In this document: in pieces, positions 23,296 through 25,612 of the stretch
Numbering within the stretch: position 1 is the stretch's first letter
How the letters are laid out: every line of letters starts with the position of its first letter
NCBI GenBank assembly: GCA_050230475.1
Contig: JBFLGF010000026.1
Coordinates: forward strand, 124,001 to 149,612
DNA: 25,612 nucleotides
From: Ancylonema sp.
Taxonomy: Eukaryota
Direction: 5' to 3'
Made by a program: the position numbers and the translations under genes
The notes under the pieces: generated by a model
Told to the model about the DNA's origin: nothing
Databases searched by the model: none
The model's input: only the letters and a program-made list of their open reading frames with translations

Positions 23296-23308
23296 GGTTG
23301 TGGGCCCA
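23296..23308 (+). promoter_or_regulatory. PBS of element B, GGTTGTGGGCCCA (half-tRNAiMet type)
   Basis: One mismatch (A>G) to GGTTATGGGCCCA, directly after the LTR-terminal CA. Confidence 0.85.
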
Positions 23309-23536
23309 TAGGCTGTCTAGGAATAGACTCTGTGCGGGTAAACGCCTAAAGGTTCCACGTGACTGCTGCGCTACGAACGGTAAATTGTGCCGCTTGTTAA
23401 GGGCTTATTACTGGGTTCGGAAATTGTTGTTGTGTGGGCAAGTAATTCTGAATTACGTTGCCGGGAAATTTACCTGTAGAAGCTGTGAGCTCTGTTTTGC
23501 TGCGAGTTGTTTTTGTGGTGAGCTAACACCGCAGGC

Positions 23537-24440
23537 ATGTTAGACAAGAGCAACATCCCCCAGATTACTGAAGCTTCTTGCAGAAGTTGGGCATTCAAGT
23601 GCCAGTATGGGTTGGTGGAGAAGAAGCTGCACCGCATCGTCATGTCGGAAGCTGAGACGCTGGATGTCTATGTTAAGCGATTGCAAGACATCTTTGAAGA
23701 TCTTGATGGCCTGGGTCGAGAGATGACTACATCCGAGCAAGCGACAGCCTTCCTCAATTCCCTCAACACCTACTACTCTGCCAACGTCAGCTCCTTCCAA
23801 CTCTGGTCAAGGACTGCGCCGGCGCTCTACAACATCAACGACATTGTGTCTTCGATGATACAAAACGACGTCCGAGCTGACATCAACGGACGGAAGAGAG
23901 GAGAGCCAGCTGGGGCTGACGCACGAATCAACTACGGATCAGGTGCAAGGCCCGGTGGCAGACATGATGGGGGTGGCGGTAGCGGCGTCGCGGCATCCAC
24001 TGTCACGGGCGGAGTGCCAGCAGTACGGGCATCTGCGAGCAAACTGTTCTGAGGGAATCCAGCTGCAAGGGCCGAAGAAGTGCCACAACTGCGGACGTGC
24101 CGGACACCTGAAGTACGAGTGTCGAGACTCACCAAGACAACAAGGTGGAGGTCAGTAGTATGGCGGCCAGCAGCAATATGGCGGCCAGCAGAACGGTGGC
24201 ACGCAGCCTTGTGGCGCGAGGAAGCAGAATGAGGGTGCCAAGTGCAATTGGTGCAAGAAGGACGGACACACCGAGGATATGTGCCGGAAGAAAAGGGATG
24301 ACACCGCTGCCCATGTCAAATTCATGGCCAAAATGCAATCTTCTCATGACGATCTTGCATCTCAGGCATTGGATGTTGGCCAGGGAAGCTATGTCAATAC
24401 GATTACATCTAACCTGTCAGCAACTTATGCTCTTGGTTGA
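23537..24440 (+). pseudogene. Copia B gag with three Zn knuckles, disrupted
   Basis: Reads MLDKSNIPQITEASCRSWAFKCQYGLVEKKLHRIV, then MSEAETLDVYVKRL...AFLNSL. There are indels around 23960-24015. Knuckles: CHG/CQQYGHLRANC, CHNCGRAGHLKYEC and CNWCKKDGHTEDMC. An in-frame TAG lies at 24156-24158, and the frame closes at TGA 24438-24440. Confidence 0.88.
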
Positions 24441-25612
24441 TGGAAAACCTCTCATCCTTGATACAGGAGCAACGGACACTGTCTTCCATGATCGTGAGCA
24501 TTTCGCGGAGTACACCAAGGGCGTGTCGCTGGCGAGATCCTTTGTCTACACGGCAGACGGAAAGCCGCACACGGTGGAGGAGACTGGTGTGGTGCCAATC
24601 AGAGTGAACAACGGGGAATCCAGTTTTATCGTGAACCTCCAAGCCCTCCACGTCCCCTCGCTCAACACAACCCTCGTCTCCGTGATCCGCCTCAACGAAT
24701 CTGGAGACATTGAGTTCAAGCTCGGAAAAGGTGGGGTCCCTTCCCTGACTCGGGACGGTGTAAAATGGGCAGATGTTCACCGACACAGAAGCGGGTTGAT
24801 ATTGCTATTCGGTCATGTCATCACTCTGCCTGACCGTCAAAGTCAGATAGAAAATTTATCCACCGGCATGCTGTGGCACAACAGGCTGGGTCATCCTGGC
24901 AATCAGTTGATGCAAGAGTTGGCCGCACGTGGGGACATTCCTAGGTTGAGTCAAGAGTATCAGCTAGAGGTTAAGGACTGTGAGGTGCGCTGTCAGGGCA
25001 AAATGAGTCAAAAGCCACATAGGTCAGGCATTCAAGACGTCAGTCAGGTACCGAAGATGTCTAGGGTGCATCTAGATCTGGTCGGATCATTAGCTGTCAA
25101 GTCAGCACATGGGGGGTACACTTATTTCCAAACAAGGATAGAGGTGGGATGCCGACTGTCCTTTATCTCCTTGCTCAAACATAAGGGTGAGGCTTTAGAG
25201 AAGTCAAAGGGGATGATCAAGGTCCTAGAGGTTGAGTCAGGGTTACCGCTCAAGTCGATCAGGACTAACGGTGGTGGGGAGTATACGTCTGCTGAGTGGA
25301 AGGAGTTTACCGAGGTCAAGGGTATCCGTCATGAACTGACAACTCCGTACAGTCTAGAGCAGAACGGAATTTGTGAGAGGTTCAACAGGACGTTGCTTGA
25401 GAAGATGAGGTGTCTCCTGTTCTGGTCAAAACTGCCTAGGACATACTGGGATGTTGCGCTGCTTCACTCTAACTGGCTTAGGAAGAGGACACCGACAACA
25501 GGATTGCAGGGCAGGATACCGATAGAGGTCTGGAAAGGGTCCTGGATACGTCAGCAGGACAGCCATACGTTCGGATGTCTGGTCCAATACCTGAAGATAG
25601 GTGCTGACAAGG
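24427..25612 (+). CDS. Copia B pol N-terminal part: aspartic protease, GAG-pre-integrase and integrase core (open to the window end, absent from the ORF track)
   Basis: Stop-free frame containing LILDTGAT (24451-24474), LWHNRLGHPG, CEVRCQGK, RVHLDLVG, IRTNGGGEY, TPYSLEQNGICERFNRTLLEKMR, LPRTYW and FGCLV. The start is approximate. It is probably non-functional because of catalytic substitutions. Confidence 0.9.
   Translation, partial: MLLVDGKPLILDTGATDTVFHDREHFAEYTKGVSLARSFVYTADGKPHTVEETGVVPIRVNNGESSFIVNLQALHVPSLNTTLVSVIRLNESGDIEFKLGKGGVPSLTRDGVKWADVHRHRSGLILLFGHVITLPDRQSQIENLSTGMLWHNRLGHPGNQLMQELAARGDIPRLSQEYQLEVKDCEVRCQGKMSQKPHRSGIQDVSQVPKMSRVHLDLVGSLAVKSAHGGYTYFQTRIEVGCRLSFISLLKHKGEALEKSKGMIKVLEVESGLPLKSIRTNGGGEYTSAEWKEFTEVKGIRHELTTPYSLEQNGICERFNRTLLEKMRCLLFWSKLPRTYWDVALLHSNWLRKRTPTTGLQGRIPIEVWKGSWIRQQDSHTFGCLVQYLKIGADK

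Larger units (their letters stand above)
22796..25612 (+). mobile_element. Ty1/copia LTR retrotransposon B (5' half), nested in the gag of element A; continues past the window end
   Basis: LTR, PBS, gag, Zn knuckles, protease and integrase lie in order on the plus strand, starting exactly where element A's gag is cut. Confidence 0.95.

Noticed and set aside
12552..25612. dNTPase plus reverse transcriptase as a linked retron-like or anti-retroelement system
   Set aside because: The RT is an ordinary decayed copia pol and the dNTPase is an intron-rich host gene outside the LTRs. Proximity is expected in a TE-dense genome.

Overview
This is eukaryotic genomic DNA. The host protein resembles the green-plant VEN4 type, so a green alga or streptophyte is likely, but that is inference. 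One intact host gene can be spliced by hand: a 17-exon, 510-aa SAMHD1/VEN4-like HD-domain dNTP triphosphohydrolase (+, 12552-17963, all introns GT-AG, no SAM domain). Its catalytic residues are fully conserved, but many residues matching the human SAMHD1 allosteric GTP/dNTP sites are replaced, some with charge reversal (K116A, N119I, D137N, R333E, R352D, K354T, N358C equivalents). This is the most interesting signal in the window. Downstream lies a decayed Ty1/copia element (-, 18530-22795) whose gag is interrupted by a second copia element (+, 22796 to window end) with a half-tRNAiMet PBS. The first 12 kb is mostly transposon remnants: a cryptic copia gag relic, an orphan copia 5' LTR with PBS, nested inverted repeats, and weak gypsy-like and hAT-like relics. 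There are no RNA genes, CRISPR arrays or prokaryotic operons. All alignments were done by eye, with reference sequences recalled from memory.
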